A stretch of DNA of 64,000 bases from Phoronis australis. Lineage: Eukaryota; Animalia; Phoronida. The stretch lies in assembly GCA_002633005.1 (NCBI GenBank), contig NMRA01000050.1:1059177-1123176 (forward strand), written 5' to 3'. This document shows positions 1 to 13,900 of the stretch, piece by piece. Position numbers and translations under genes: made by a program. Within the stretch, counting starts at the first letter, position 1, and the number at the start of each line of letters is the position of its first letter. The notes beneath the pieces are model-generated. The model made no database searches. It was not told the origin of the DNA and was given only the letters and a program-made list of their open reading frames with translations.

Positions 1-2745
1 AGTGGCTTTTTTCTCTGTTATTGGAGATATTATTAGTTGTTCCCAAGCATCGATTTCGTCTGCTGCTGGCATGTAGTGAGAATTTGGCTGCTGATTTCAC
101 CTGAATTTGATGAAAAGCAAATAGGATTGTATAACAAAAAGTTATTAATTTAATTTTAATAGTTAGGACCCACAATTTGTTTAATATGCATGCTTTTTAT
201 GAACATAGGTAACTGATTTTAGAGGAAATTAGTGCCTGCAAACAAAACGACAGTGATCTGCAGTCACTTATTCTTAGCCAGGCTTGAAAGATTTCATACT
301 GAGATGAGCTTTCTGGAATGTATTGGATACGTAATGTCAAGCACAGGGCTTCAAGGAGTTCTTGAGACGGTGTATGCATCATCAAACAGTGTGATCCTTA
401 TGTTAAATGGAAAAAGTGTGGATAGAGCAGTGAGGGGGCATATGTTGGTAGACTCAGCACTGAATTCTATCATAAAAGCCAGAACATTCAACATCCCACT
501 TCCAAATATTGACAGATCAAGTAACGCCAATCCGAAACCAATGAAGAAAGAAATTCAGGTTCTTCAGAAATTCCAGGAGTCCGGAATGTCACCAATACAG
601 AACACACAGATTACATGCCAAGAGGTGGAGCAGTTCAATGCTTGTACATAAATTTTGGCTCGTCAGAAGATGGAGACAGATTCTTCAGACATCTCAGACA
701 TCCCAACTGATCACATAACTAGATGTATACTATGGGGCATGCCATGCCCAGCCAGTGTCTTCCGATTCTGAACCTTGGATTACAATGGAATGCCCTCACG
801 AGAGTTCACTTCTGGTTTCCGACCTACTGCCATTGGTATATTCAAACACGACTGAATCAGAGTATAGGTCTTCAGAATCACAGTGACAGAGAATAGTTCG
901 TCAGAAGAATCAATGTCCAATGATATTCTTCGTGATGATTTGAGAGCTGGTCTGAAGCAATATGATGATCTTATTGCTGGCATGACGTCTGTGTGCGACG
1001 ATGTATGCTCGACGGAGTGTCTTGTGGGTGTCCATAAAAAATCAAAGCACATNATTTTCTTCAATACTGAATAATGTTTTTGCAAATTTAGCGCATCTCA
1101 TCTAAGTAATAGTGCATATAAATTTAACTAACCAAAGAGCAAATCTTTATGCATTCTTGCTTAGTGTTTTTTTGTGTTTTGGCTATAGTAGGCCTAAAAG
1201 CTTAATAAATTCAAAAAATCTATTACGTTCAGCAATTACCCTCAAACTTTCTAGTTGCCCTTCAATAAGTGTTTTGCAGCACTTCTTATAAGCAGACTAG
1301 CAGTGAACAGTGAGCAGTTGAGTTACTTAAGTGTCTGTGATTGCCTTCACGTTTCTGCGCTCTGTTGATTGCTGGAAAAACTTTTCCTCAGATGTTTGCG
1401 TTGCAGGTATTCAAATTCAGATTGCTTACGTAACATTAACACTAGGTAATCAGTTGCGCTTTCAAACGTTGTTTCCACGTCACCGCTACTTAAGCGCTCT
1501 AAGCAACCCAATGAGGCATTCGTTCTGATTGAAGTGAAAGCGATTTAGGGAATAGACTTTGCACACAAGTTTTGGGAGACGTTTGCAGATAGGCAAACTG
1601 AAAATATTCAATACGTGTCTCGGCAGCGCTTGTATTTTCCAAGTCAGTTGCTTTGAGAGACAGCTGAAATACGATCTGGTCACTTGATTTGTTAGAAAAA
1701 TATGTTATTCTGGTGGAGTTATTGGCTTATTCATTATACAAACCCTTAATAAAATTGGGTAGGAAGTAGACTTTTTTTCTCTGCTATTGGAGATATTATT
1801 AGTTGTTCCCAAGCATTGATTTCGTCTGCCACTGGCATGTATTGAGAATTTGGCTGTTGATTTCACCTGAATTTGATGAAAAGCAAATAGGATTGTGTAA
1901 CAAAATGTTATTAATTAAATCTTAATAGTTAGGACCCACAATTTGTTTATGATATGCATGCTTTTTATGAACATAGGTTTCTGATTTTAGAGGAAATTAG
2001 TGCCTGCAAACAAAACGATAGTGATCTGCAGTCACTTGTTCTTAGCCAGGCTTGGAAGATTTCATACTAAGATGAGCTTTCTGGAATGTATTGGATACAT
2101 AATGTCAAGCACAGGGCTTCAAGGAGTTCTTGAGACGGTGTATGCATCAAACAGTGTGATCCTTATGTTAAATGGAAAAAGTGTGGATAGAGCAAAGAGG
2201 GGGCATATATTGGTAGACTTAGCACTGAATGCTATCATAAAAGCCAGAACATTCAACATATTGACAGATCAAGCAACGCCAATCAAAAACCAATGAAGAA
2301 AGAAATTCAGGTTCTTCAGAAGTTCCAGGAGTCCGTAATGTCACCAACACAGAACACACGGATTACATGCCAAGAGGTGGAGATGAGTTCAATGCTTATA
2401 CACAAACTTTGGCTCGTCAGAAGATGGAGACAGATTCTTCAGATATCTCAGACATCCCAACTGATCACATAACTAGACGTATACTATGGGACATGCCATG
2501 CCCAGCCAGTGTCTTCCGATTCTGAACCTTGGATTACAGTGGAATGCCCTCACGAGAGCTCACTTCTGGTTTCCAACCAACTGCCATTGGTATATTCAAA
2601 CACGACTGAATCAGAGTATAGGTCTTCACAATTCACAGTGGCAGAGAATAGTTCGTCAGAAGAATCAATGGCCAATGATATTCTTCATTACGATTTGAGA
2701 GCTGGTCTGAAGCACTATGATGATCTTATTGCTGGCAAGCACATT
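1..2745. repeat. Near-identical direct duplication (1-1052 vs about 1764-2745) around an N at 1053
   Basis: The two copies align with scattered SNPs and indels. Copy 2 lacks about 65 bp present at 983-1045. Copy 1 ends at the N. Confidence 0.85.
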
Positions 2746-4818
2746 AATCAGACTTGTCCATGCAAAGTCGAATCATTAGTCTTTGACTACAGTATATGAA
2801 CATGATTGACATCCTTCGACTTTTAAAAGCAGAAATAACGTCAGATTGGGAGCTTCACCTAAAAGCAGTTTCTGAAGTGCTGCCTTACTTTGCAGCTGCT
2901 GGTCACAACTCTTGTGCAAAATCTTCATACGTGACTGAAGTAGATGTAGCAACTCAAAGACACCCGTCCAGACGTCTACGGCCAACAAACCATAAGACAA
3001 AGTGACAGATTCTGGGCAGGCTTGTCATAATGAGATATGATCTTGTAATTGAACAAATGCTCATGAAAAGTATTAAATCAACAGGAGTTTTAACTAGAGG
3101 TTGAGGAATGGGAGATACACAGAGGGCACTGTGGCTGCTTTCCTTGCCGGCATGCTCAAGTATAAATGGAGCCATGCAGACTGTGACAAACTTGAGTTGT
3201 GAAACAAGTCAGCAGCATAAAGAATGTACCCAGCCGAGACAGTCGCGTGACGACAAAGACATCTGCAGCATTGTTGAATTCCTCTACAACAGAAACCCAT
3301 TTTAAAGAGAAACATTACAGACCATCGCCACTGGTGTGACTGCAGGCACATGCGTCAGTGCGGAAAATGCCAGAGAAGTGGGGAAGGCGGTTCACTTGTC
3401 TATGGAGGGGTCAAGTGGGAAAGACTTCACATTCAGAAAGAAAGACAAGGTTGTGGCAATGATTAGTCAATCAGTTCATGCTGCTAATAGTAATTTTACA
3501 CAAGTGGATCCACGACTGCTATTTCAGCGAAAAATGACTGCTGCAAAAGACAACAGTGAAAGTTCATCAAGCCTTTTGAAGTTTGAGCTGTGTGTTGGTT
3601 CCCCTGTTCCATTTGATACATCTGGTCTTCTCAGAGTCGCTAATAAATCAATATGGGCTGATGCACTCTGATCCAGCGGAGGAGTACCTGAGGATTTCAT
3701 TTTCCAGAAAACACGGTGATGCATGTAATCGACGGCGGTTCTCTCCTTCACCGTATTCCATGGTCTAAAGGTGCAACGTTTCAGTCATTTGGTAGAGCTT
3801 ATGTGGATTACATCAGCAAGTGCACCCAGCGTACTGTTGTTTTTGTTGGTTACTGAGATGGACCATCCACTAAAGATGTCTCCCATGATCGAAGACTGGG
3901 TGGGGTGGTTGGAACTGAAGTTCACTTCAATGGTGACATGGTGATCAAGTAAAAAAGGAACATTTTGGCAAAAAGCAAAAACAAACGGGTCACTCACTTC
4001 TTATCAAGTTTGCTAGGAAATGCTGGTTGCACAGTGGTACAAACTCAAGGTGACACAGATGTTTTAATTGTAGAAACAGCACTAGAGAACGCAGTACAAG
4101 GTCCAACTACCCTTATTGCAGACGATAGACTTGTTGGTTCTTTTGCGTTACCATGATACACCAAAGCAAGAGGAGAGTCTGGGACATCAAGGAACTACAG
4201 TTGTCTCTTGGTGTCGAAACTTGCGCAGTTTTGCCATTGCGCATGCAATAGGTGGTTGCAACACAACATTGCAGCTGTTCGGTATTAGCAAAGGCTCTCC
4301 CATTCAAGAAACTGCGTGATCGAGTATTCTGCAAAAACTCTAGTAAGAATATTCGCTAGACACATGCAGCTGAAGCAAGACATATTTGAACCTGATAAGA
4401 ATTGTATCTGTGCTTCATGGCCGTACTGGCTCTGGAAATTTGGATGATTTGCGATACAGGCAATTTGTGGATGAGGTGTCAGACTAGCCACAGTCCAAAT
4501 ACAGTCATTATCACCAACTTTCTTCAGTAGTTAAATTCCATGCTGCCGGGACATATTATCAAGAGCAAGAGCGGTCAAGTTTCCGTGGTAGTGGCCTAGA
4601 TTCGCTGTATTGGGGATGGATGATGGCAGCTGGAAAATTCATTCCCACGGCGACAGACCATTCAGCAGCACCAGAGAACCTGCTGAAAGTAGTGAGATGC
4701 TCGGGTAAGACCAACTGCAGTTCCAAGAGATGTTCTTGCAGGAAGTTAGGATAGCCGTACTCGGTTGCATGTGGAGAATGCCGTGGTTTTATCTGCAGCA
4801 ATTCAATGTAATTCTGAG
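1991..4818 (+). pseudogene. Academ transposase-XPG-Cys8 coding remnant
   Basis: ORF-track fragments 2000-2296, 2796-3005, 3108-3305, 3336-3671, 3965-4156 and 4116-4319 are collinear pieces of one frameshifted transposase. Confidence 0.75.
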
Positions 4819-5033
4819 TTGACAGAGATTAGTTGTGTAAATACTGGTTGATTGTGTGTAGATTCACTAGCATAATTTACAACTTACTGGAAGTGACACA
4901 GACAGTGTGGATAGTAGATCACTGAATTAATTGCATAGAGTTATTTTCACTACATCACATTTTTTCAGGAGGAGAATGATCCTTCAGTTCAGTCAAACCC
5001 GAGGTTTTTGACCCAAATAAGTTATTCGTTAAA

Positions 5034-5805
5034 CCATCTTGAAATGGTGGTCGTAATCATCACGAGCCAGACAAAAATTATTGTAATGGATGTGCTGGCT
5101 TAAAAACCCAGGATATGGGAGGTCTTTGGAATCTGAAGTTCTTACACGAAGCAATTATTTGGTGGCCATCTTAGAAAATGGTGGAAGTAATCATTAGAGC
5201 CAAACGCAATGAGTCTAAATGGATTAGTCGACCCAGAAAACCTGTGATACTTGAAGCAAGACGACACACTAATCTGTTTGTGCAAAGTTGTGCGATTCGA
5301 AATAGTTTTGAAGGCCATCTTGGAAAATGGCCGATGATGTCACCACGGCCATGCAAAACTTTTCCAATGGATTTGTTGACCCACAAAAGATAGGTAAACA
5401 TTTTTGAATTTTTACTCTATCACATTTCACTCTCGAGTTATAATTATCATCTGCAAATCTGGCGGCCATTTTGTCCGCCATCTTGGAAATGGTGGAAGTA
5501 ATCATTAGTGCCAAATGCAATGAATCTCAATGTATTAGTCGACCCAGAAAACCTATGATGCGATGTTTGAAGCAAGACGACACACTAATCTGTTCGTGTG
5601 AAGCTGTGCGACTAAAGTAGATTTGGCGGCCTTCTTGGAAAATGGCGGACGGTGTCACCACAGCCATGTAAAACCATTTCCAATGGATTTGTTGACCCAC
5701 AAAACATACATAAACCTTTTTGAATTTTTACTGTATCACATTCTTTTTTTGAGTTATAGTGCGCATCAGAAAATCTGGCGGCCATTTTGTCCGCCATCTT
5801 GAAAA
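5034..5805. repeat. Subterminal direct repeats of the Academ right arm (about 313-bp unit x2 plus shorter subunits)
   Basis: GCCATCTT(A/G)GAAA(A)TGGTGGAAGTAATCATTAG...GTCGACCCAGAAAACC occurs at about 5165 and 5477, with a partial copy at 5034. Rich in GGCGGCCATTTT/CCGCCATCTT motifs. Confidence 0.85.
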
Positions 5806-7870
5806 ACCAACTTCCTCCACTCCGATTCCGGTAGACTTTTTTTCCACTAAAGGGTGTGAAAGGATACGATTTATGCAATAAAACCTTCTGTTGCAATTTT
5901 TTCCGGGTTATCCGTAGAATGACTGGACTAAGATGACACTATAGACCGATCACAGTATTCCGTTTTCATGCGCCCATGATCTTAATATTGGCGCTATGTT
6001 CAAACCATTGTTTTTGTTTTTCCTAAAATTAATTTGGTTCTGTTGCTGTACCAACATATTAAGAAATTATACAGAAATAAACAAAAATTATCTGTGGTAA
6101 AGTGCAATATACAGCGTGATAAGTGATGGTCAAGAGCAATATCGGATGACCGCAAATGCGTGCTGCTTTATGAGTATTCCACGGCATGAAAACACTGGAG
6201 GTCATAAAACATTCAGCGTTGTATTCTGATTTTTATGCAATTTTACTGTAAAATTTTAAATTTCGTGCTTGTTTTGATGCATAATGTACTGTATAAAAAG
6301 TCTCATATCTAAAGTTGGAAATTATCCTTGCGCGATATCACTTAACGTTTGATATTACCACGCCGTCATAATTCAACATAAAGTTTTAGGCTAGCATAAT
6401 GTCACGCACTTCGTATTTGTAAGTTGATTCGATTTTACTTCCTTTCAATAGTTGAACTAAAGTTGATAAACCGGAGTTGCCACTGGTGAACGTACAGCGA
6501 ACAGTTAAATGTTTGTTTGGCCAAAGTTCATCCGCTAAGTCATAATATGGTTTTTGACGACCAAGGACACGTTTATTCCGAATTGGTCGTCTACGCTAGG
6601 CTACCACTAAGCTGACCCAAGTGCCAACCACAGAGGCGACTCAGCAGACGGTTCATAGCCGAGCTTTGTTGGTCGGCTGCTGGTCGGCTAGACGACCGGT
6701 CGACGGCCGGTCATCGACCAATTTCCGACCGGTCGGACAAAAATTCGTGATGTGTGCTGTACCTATCAGTAAATGCTCTAAGCGTGTGTACGACTAACTG
6801 AATATTCACAAACGTCACACTTAGTGACTTACTTATCCATCGAAAGCCTGGTAAATCTTTCATGACTTTCAACATTCAGCCTTGCCCTCAATGTTGTCTA
6901 CCTATCAAACGGATTGCTTGTTGATAATGCTGCTTTTTGTACTGGCTAACTCGTCTTTTTTCAGAATCTATTAGGGCAGGAAAACCGTGTTTTGCCTCCA
7001 GACGTACAAAGGACCTACTTTAATAGACTTTGTCACTTGCATTTCGGTTGACCTCTGCAGCAGTGCATGTGTTGCTGTAATGTTTACATGTATTAAAACG
7101 ATCGATCTTGTTATTCTTTGTAAACGTTCCATTCGTTTGTAGTATTAACAAAGATTTTTTAAATTTTTTACACGTGTTCAAAGTTACTATTTTTCAATTT
7201 TATGTCTTACCAAAAAACGGCTAAAATGGCATTAAGAGGTTTTTCATCTATAACTCGGACCCTATTTCTTTAAACATCGAACAAAATATTTGTTTAAAAT
7301 CTTAAGTTCAAGTGCAAGCTCATCTTGTGCTAGGCAAACAATTAGCTCCGGTAGGGTTGTATCCAAGTCAATTTAATGCATTGAAATCACCGTATTTATA
7401 CATATTCAGATATTTAAGTTAGGCCTACCATTTGATAACTTCGCATTTTTGTAGTTTCATTGTATAAAGGTCCCATTCAGTTGATTTTAAACGTAGCAAT
7501 ATCACTAAGCTGTGGTATGGTTACATAAATGGCAAGTGTGGTGCAGTGGCAAAAACGGCTATTTACAAAATAACTCAAATTCCTTATTAAAGCTTAATCA
7601 ATCTAAATATCATGTTTGAAAAACTTCGAAGTTACCGCTATCTGTCTCTCTCTCTCCCTCTAACTGCACAGTGGTGAATACTAGAAGTTTTCATCAAAAA
7701 TTAATGAATTGTTTTTGTCGTGACAACAGCTCGAACAAGGCTTTGAGTTCAGTGCCCTTCCCTGTGCCGATCGAATTTCTCAATTTTGGAGTGAATTTCA
7801 GTTGAAAGCCAGCCTACGAGTATACGAATAATGAAAATTGTACCTCCTATAAGAAACAAAACGATATCCA

Positions 7871-9085
7871 TTAGGGGAAAATTAATAAAAAATAATAAAC
7901 TGTCCTTAAAAACACCTTCCGGAGACTACAGTTAGAGTAGCACTGAGATCCACCAGGTGTGAAGCGAAGGCTGCAGGACGAGTGAGATCCGGAGTCAAAA
8001 TCAGAAAGGCCTGCACTATAGCCAGCTAACCGAAAAGTGCGTATCGTGTAACAAATACATTTCTGTTTGACTTTGGAGTAATAAAGCAACATTGTCAACT
8101 TCAGCTACTCTTGTGGCCGTTCACTCTTTCTGATTTACATAGTTTACATTTTCGCATCACTTTTCGTCTTAGGATATGCCCACAAATCATGGAATGCTCT
8201 TCTCGAGCTGAATAACAAATGTCGAAATTACACACACCCAACCAACGTAGTTTCACAATTCTTATTGCACAATTTCTTGAGGTATTGACTTAAATAAGTT
8301 GTACACGACTACATGGTCTTTGGTGGGTAAAATGGCGGCTTGGGAACGCAGACGAAGGTGTGTCAAAAGTGCTGTGTTCTCATTGTCACTTAAGCCGCCA
8401 GTCATAAACCTGGCTATAGGTCACTTGGGTCAAGGGAACCAAGCTTCCAGCCAAAGGTCATTAAATGCAAATTTTAGCTAGACGTTTCGTAATCACGCAT
8501 AGGATTTCCATTAGCAAGGGAAGTTCTGTCACAAACTTTGGGAAAATTAAGTGCAGTTTTCAGTTGAATTTTATACTTCTTCTATTAGTTTTCATATTCA
8601 TGGTTGATCAAGTAATTGCCAATCAAATTCTATTGATATGGGTATGAATCAAAGTACTCTATAGGACCACAATAGGGTTCAAATCTAATAAAAATTTCAA
8701 CTGCCTCTTCTGTCATTTTTGAGATTGGCTCATCAAATTTTGAAAACACCTTGGGTAAATTGGCCTACTTATAAGTGTAGTCTACCGTACGTGCTCGTTC
8801 AAAAGTTTTGTAAAACAATTCACTTGTTTAAAAACCCATTGTATTCGTTAAGGTTTTATATAGAATTGATGATTTATTGGTGTAAAACGATGAATTCAAG
8901 CGATAAGCTGACACCAGTAAGCTATTTGGAACAACTGAGCCGGAATTTGTGACGTCATTGGTACATTTCAGCCCTTCCGTACACCGTCTGGTGTCAGGTG
9001 AAAGAACCAAACTTGCTGTTATCGAGTGGAACTTGTCGATCTAAATCCATACAAAATACGTTTTTTGGTTTTAATTCTCCTTTAA
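7871..9085. mobile_element. Possible degenerate non-autonomous TIR element (Kolobok-like TTAAAGG...CCTTTAA ends)
   Basis: Left TTAGGGGAAAATTAATAAAAAA versus right-end reverse complement TTAAAGGAGAATTAAAACCAAAAAA. Weak match only. Confidence 0.3.
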
Positions 9086-9394
9086 AAGACGTGGCACAAA
9101 CTTGTGAGATTGCGGTGTTAACCATCATATAATGTACAGATTTGGAAGTTGATGTCTGCCTTAGCTATTTATTTCTTGTTTGATGTTGACCTGATAATTC
9201 ATACATGCAACTTTACTAAAGGTAAAAACAAGAAACAGTTCAGTTTTCATTGAAAAGTGCAACTCAGGTGCAAGTTCAAATCATCCTGAACTCCAATTCG
9301 GAGAGGATTCCATTCTGTAAGCATTTGAGGCCTTTGATTAACACGATGAGTTTAATATTTAGGACTGTGTTTCTCGCACGTTTAAGGACGCTGT

Positions 9395-9635
9395 ACACAC
9401 AGAGGATGTGTGCATAGCCTGGTTTAAAGTCTGGTTAGTGACGTTGCATTTGGTTCACCCACGAGAGAACGTGTACATAAGCTGGTTCAAAGTCATTTAA
9501 GCGATGTTGCACATACTACATGTACACGCTTCTCCTACACCAGAATATGTGCATAACCTGGTTTAATGTAAATTTAGCGCTTTAGTACGTACATGCATGG
9601 TTGTCCCACAAAAGAACGTTTACATAGCCTACATG
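9395..9635. repeat. Degenerate tandem repeat, 60-75 bp unit, about 3.5 copies
   Basis: Recurring core related to AGAACGTGTGCATAGCCTGGTTTAAAGT near 9400, 9465 and 9542, with a partial copy near 9613. Confidence 0.55.
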
Positions 9636-10880
9636 TTGTTGCTTGGGGTTCACGTAGCCACTGCATTAAAACTTGAATCGGCGTCGTTTGTAACAAAAAC
9701 ATATCACAATGCAAGTCATCTACATGTAACTGTTTGCTTGACATGTTTGTTTAATCCTTTTGCCGGGTCGATTACTATTGAACCTGTAATGTATTTTTAC
9801 AACTAAATATAGAAATATGCAGAGTCAACCTTTAAAGCACCGGCCCTGGTTCACTGTATTTTTAGGAACAAACGTGCGCTTTTCATCTGGTATTTGATTC
9901 CTTCTGTTATACACTTTCATACCATCAATGTGCAAAATCACAAAAGAATTGACTAATTAAACGCACTACATGTACATGTAGAAAACGTCTTTGCCACTGT
10001 TACAAATAGCTCGTATATTGATCCCAATAATGTACATAATACTCTTGAAGTAATGTAATGTGTACAGTAATACAAGCTGTCGATAGATGCCAGCTAAGAC
10101 AGGTAACGAGATAAACAAAAGTAACTAGACGTTTAAATTTTGATTGTTTCGATGGAACCAACATCATTTTCCGAAACAAAATGAGGTTATTTAATAAGTC
10201 CAGAACAGTGTGATAGTGACGTATATAGAACATCATTTCAATACATCAATGCCTATTCACCAGACTAGTTGCAACCCACGGCTACGTCAATTGCTTGCTT
10301 GAACAAGCCTTGAACCATCTCTGTATAGTGACTCACGGATTGCTCCAATGTTGCCTCCCTGTCTTTAACAATTCCAAAACATTTATTGGACGTTCTTTCA
10401 AAATTACATGTACAGTGTAAAGTGGTTTGCTGCTCATGAATGTGATAAATATTCTCAGTACCAATTGTTCTTTTTCTAATTAAGGAAACTTCAGGTACAT
10501 ACTCCCCAAAAGGACCCGTACGCGTAATGCCCGTCAGGTAGGTGTAAACACTGATTATTTACCGTGAAAGTTTTTTTGCGTTTAACCCTCGATCAGTAAA
10601 ATCCTTGCTCTTATGAACAGGATGTAGACATTGGCAACAAATTGGGGTTGAGGAAAATACAGGGGGATTGAATTGTGGTCAAAGGACGGAATCTGAAATT
10701 TGGGTCCTAGTCCTCCACTATTGTTACCTTTGTGTAGGTCCCTTGATCGCCAAAAGGCCCCAGCATCTCCAATGGTAACCTATGTGACGTCGATGTGTTT
10801 TACAATGGTAAATCGAAAGCTGGAAAGAAATAGTCCCATTGATCAAAGTTGCAGTAGAAGCAAAGGTACTGTTAAAGAAG

Positions 10881-10946
10881 ATGGCATCAAAAAAGGCAGT
10901 TTGTAATTCTGAAGGTTACCTCCTCAGAGGAGAAGAAAAGGAAAAG
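10881..10946 (+). CDS. Gene 1 probable first coding exon ([22 protein letters not shown])
   Basis: Strong start context GAAGATGG, 22 codons, AAG|GTAGGA donor in phase 0, joining in frame to 15938. This is the least certain exon: it has no domain motif and an N lies at 11440 in the intron. Confidence 0.55.
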
Positions 10947-13900
10947 GTAGGAACACATGTATTTATCTCTTTATAGTATTGTGCATTCGTTAATTTGTCA
11001 GTCGCAGTTCGTTTATTTGACCTTGAATACCTACATCACAATGCTGTTTACATATACATGTACATGTAAGTCTGTATTTCCATTAACAGCAAGATATCAA
11101 AAACATCACCAACTACATACACTTCAGAGATTGTCATTGGCCAACCCCAAATTAGCGAAATCGAAAATAATGACGTTTATATGTGATTTGATTCGATAAA
11201 TGAAACATAGTCATTTTGATGTAAACAATTTTAGGGGATTGATTTTATGAGAGTAAGTATGCCTCATTCATATATTTATCCTAAACAAGACGAATGTCAC
11301 ATCATAACTGCAGTATGGAGATTTTGAGATTCAACACACTTCGTGGAAGACCCCACGATGCAACATTGCAACACAACCTTTGATAATCTGTAATTAACCC
11401 CCCCAATTGTTTTTCGCTCTTGCTATTGATTGTGTACACNTTCAAGATATCTACAACCATGTTGTATGCTGTACTGTGACCAAAAGGCAAAGAAATTCTC
11501 TACATAATCCAGGTAAATTTATTACTTGAATGTTAGGAATTGAACTCATTAAATAGCATATATTATTTACTGGGGTAAACCTTTTGTAGCATAAGTGTGC
11601 TTGTCCTGAAAATCCAAGTTTCATAATTGCAACATTGTGCCAACACTTGTGTTTAAGCTTCATTCTGACCTTAGGTAGGGTATATGCTCAGTTTTTATCA
11701 AATATGCAGTAGTCTGTTTGTTTCTTTTAAGCAGTATGTTTGTTCTTGTAAACAGTGTGTAAACTTAACTCGTTATTTTTGTGTAACCAGGTGCTTCGTC
11801 CGTTGTATCACATTCCACATCATGATCGTATAGGATCTTAACCAGAGTGTTTATGAATTCTTGGTATTGTTTATTACTCTTAATTTCTTAAGACTTCTAC
11901 TCTGAAACACACAAAATGTAGTACCAACATTGAATGGGCTAATTGATTTCTTGGTTGATATTTACATTCATAACGACAAGGATAATGCTCCAGTCGGGTG
12001 ACTTGTAACATGTCTTAAATGGAAATGAGGGTGACTTAGTAAAAAACGAAACAAATATGCAAAAGACTTAGTAACCTTAGCTGAAGTCCTATCTGGGACT
12101 GCTTCATGCAAGCGGGCACAGGATGTACTTGACAGAGGGTCATGTCTGCCTCTGCCAAGTTGGTGTTCACTCACTCTTCTAAACTTTCGGGACCATTAAA
12201 CCCTGTCACTTTCATGTCGTTCTGTCGGTGTTAGGATATAAAAAGCAGGCCCACTTTGCAAGGTTCACCTTTTTAAGGTATCAGTCAATTTTGATGAAGG
12301 ATCTATTCAAAAATTCTACCCGAATTACAAACTCAGTTCATAAACCAGTCGGCAAAAACTTTTCGTTTGTCCTTAGAAACAAAGTGTGCTGCCACCATTT
12401 GTGCAGGACCTGCTGAAGGGTATCCTTTTACTTGAATTTTCTCTTCGCACGTGCTTTATTTGCAATAATTTAAATGTCCGGTTTGAAGGGGCGATATATT
12501 TACTATATTAAACGTCGTATGCGTAGAAAGTTGTAGACGTACCACTGGGTCAAATGCATCAGGTTTGTATGTTGCAAACGTCTCAAACTCTTTTATATAC
12601 AACGTTAAACGTCCTTGTGATTGGGTTTAAACCTTGAGGGGTCTTCAGTGTAATAAATCTACCCCTGCTTGGCCATGTACAGCTGCATGTTACGTTTTGT
12701 TGACATCAAAATCAAAATAAAGAAGCACCCGAGTAAGATCGATAAAGTTAATACACATAGATTACTACATGGTGAAGTCATTATCCCCGTTATCTAGAGC
12801 CCGAGTGGATTTTGAAGAATTATCGCCCGAGGGGTGTTAATAATACGGGATTATGACTGAGAAGACGTAATAATCTATTTATACCACACACTAAACGAGA
12901 AGCATTGCAATGAATCGATTTACCTTTCTCGACTCGCCTTGGCTTTGTAACTACTTTTCTATATCAGAGGCCCGGTGTCAGGGGTCGTGACCTTTTAAGA
13001 AAAGCCAAGGAATTTTTGTCAACTAATGCCTTTATTCAGAACCAATTGAAAATTTAAACAAAATAGAAATAAAGTGAATTCATAAATTAAGGTTTGCCAA
13101 CTATTATAGCTTAAAACACATTTTATCACCTTAAGCTCCGACCGGGAAACTATCGTCTGCTAAAGTAGGTTACCACTGGTAACTGAGTAGAATTCTCAAG
13201 TCAAAAGATCCCGACGACACGATACCCGAATTCAAATTGTAGATCAGTGATTTACAAGAGAGAACATGAGAGACAAATTTCATTGAATTAAAATATCGTT
13301 TTTATGGAAATTGTGCCTATTATTTTTCATAGCGTATAAATTCAGTATGATGCCCTTTGTTTAACATGGGATTATTTCGTGTGCTCATTTAAGCATTCTA
13401 TTTTCACGCTCGGTGAGTGGTGTAGTGGTAAAGTCGGCAACCCGATACTCTTGAGGCCCTGGTTCAAAACCGGCCGCGGTTTCCCTCCAAAATGTTATCT
13501 GACTAGTGAGATATTTTTATGGGTTACACGATTGCACCTGCCATTCGAGGCTAATATTGTGGTGTAAAGGTAGTTATTCACTGCCCGAACACGTGCATGT
13601 ACATTATGTGCCACTATAGCTTAGGCAGTGTATTTATACTGTTTCAAGCGTGTAAGCTGTCTTACCCGTCGGTGACCAGTATTTCGTATATTCAGCAAGT
13701 CGTACAAGAAAACATTTACATGTCCATCCAATTGCTCTTTTTAAACGGACAAAAAGCCCGTTTTGAATCTTTTGCTTGTAATTGTGAGTCAAACTAAACA
13801 CACATGTAATTGTATGTCTGCTTTAATTTTTTTCAAAGTAGTGAAATGGCTTTGTTCATTACCATGTAGTAAAAATTGAGCATTCATGAATAGACTTTTC

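Larger units (their letters stand above)
1..5930 (+). mobile_element. Decayed Academ (AcademX-type) DNA transposon; right end in window, left end upstream of the window
   Basis: Fragmented transposase motifs (RLGRFHTxMSFLxCIGY...VYASNSV..MLNGKSVDRA.RGH; DWELHLKAVSEVLPYFAAAGH; DLVIEQ.LMKSIKSTG), an XPG/PIN-like region (QGDTDVLIVETA; HAIGGCNTT..FGI.K) and a Cys-rich tail (APENLLKVVRCS.KTNCSSKRCSCRK...CGECRG..C, about 4665-4800). The element ends in ...ATGACTGGACTA at 5930, matching the TAG...CTA termini of Academ. Many stops and frameshifts. Confidence 0.8.

Noticed and set aside
10780-10830. CRE-like TGACGTCG and IRF-like GAAA repeats upstream of gene 1
   Set aside because: The spacing GAAAGCTGGAAAGAAA is not a canonical ISRE and such short motifs occur by chance, so they cannot support immune regulation.
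13408-13490. Functional tRNA gene
   Set aside because: A and B boxes are present, but the acceptor and anticodon stems do not pair convincingly; kept only as a tRNA-derived remnant.
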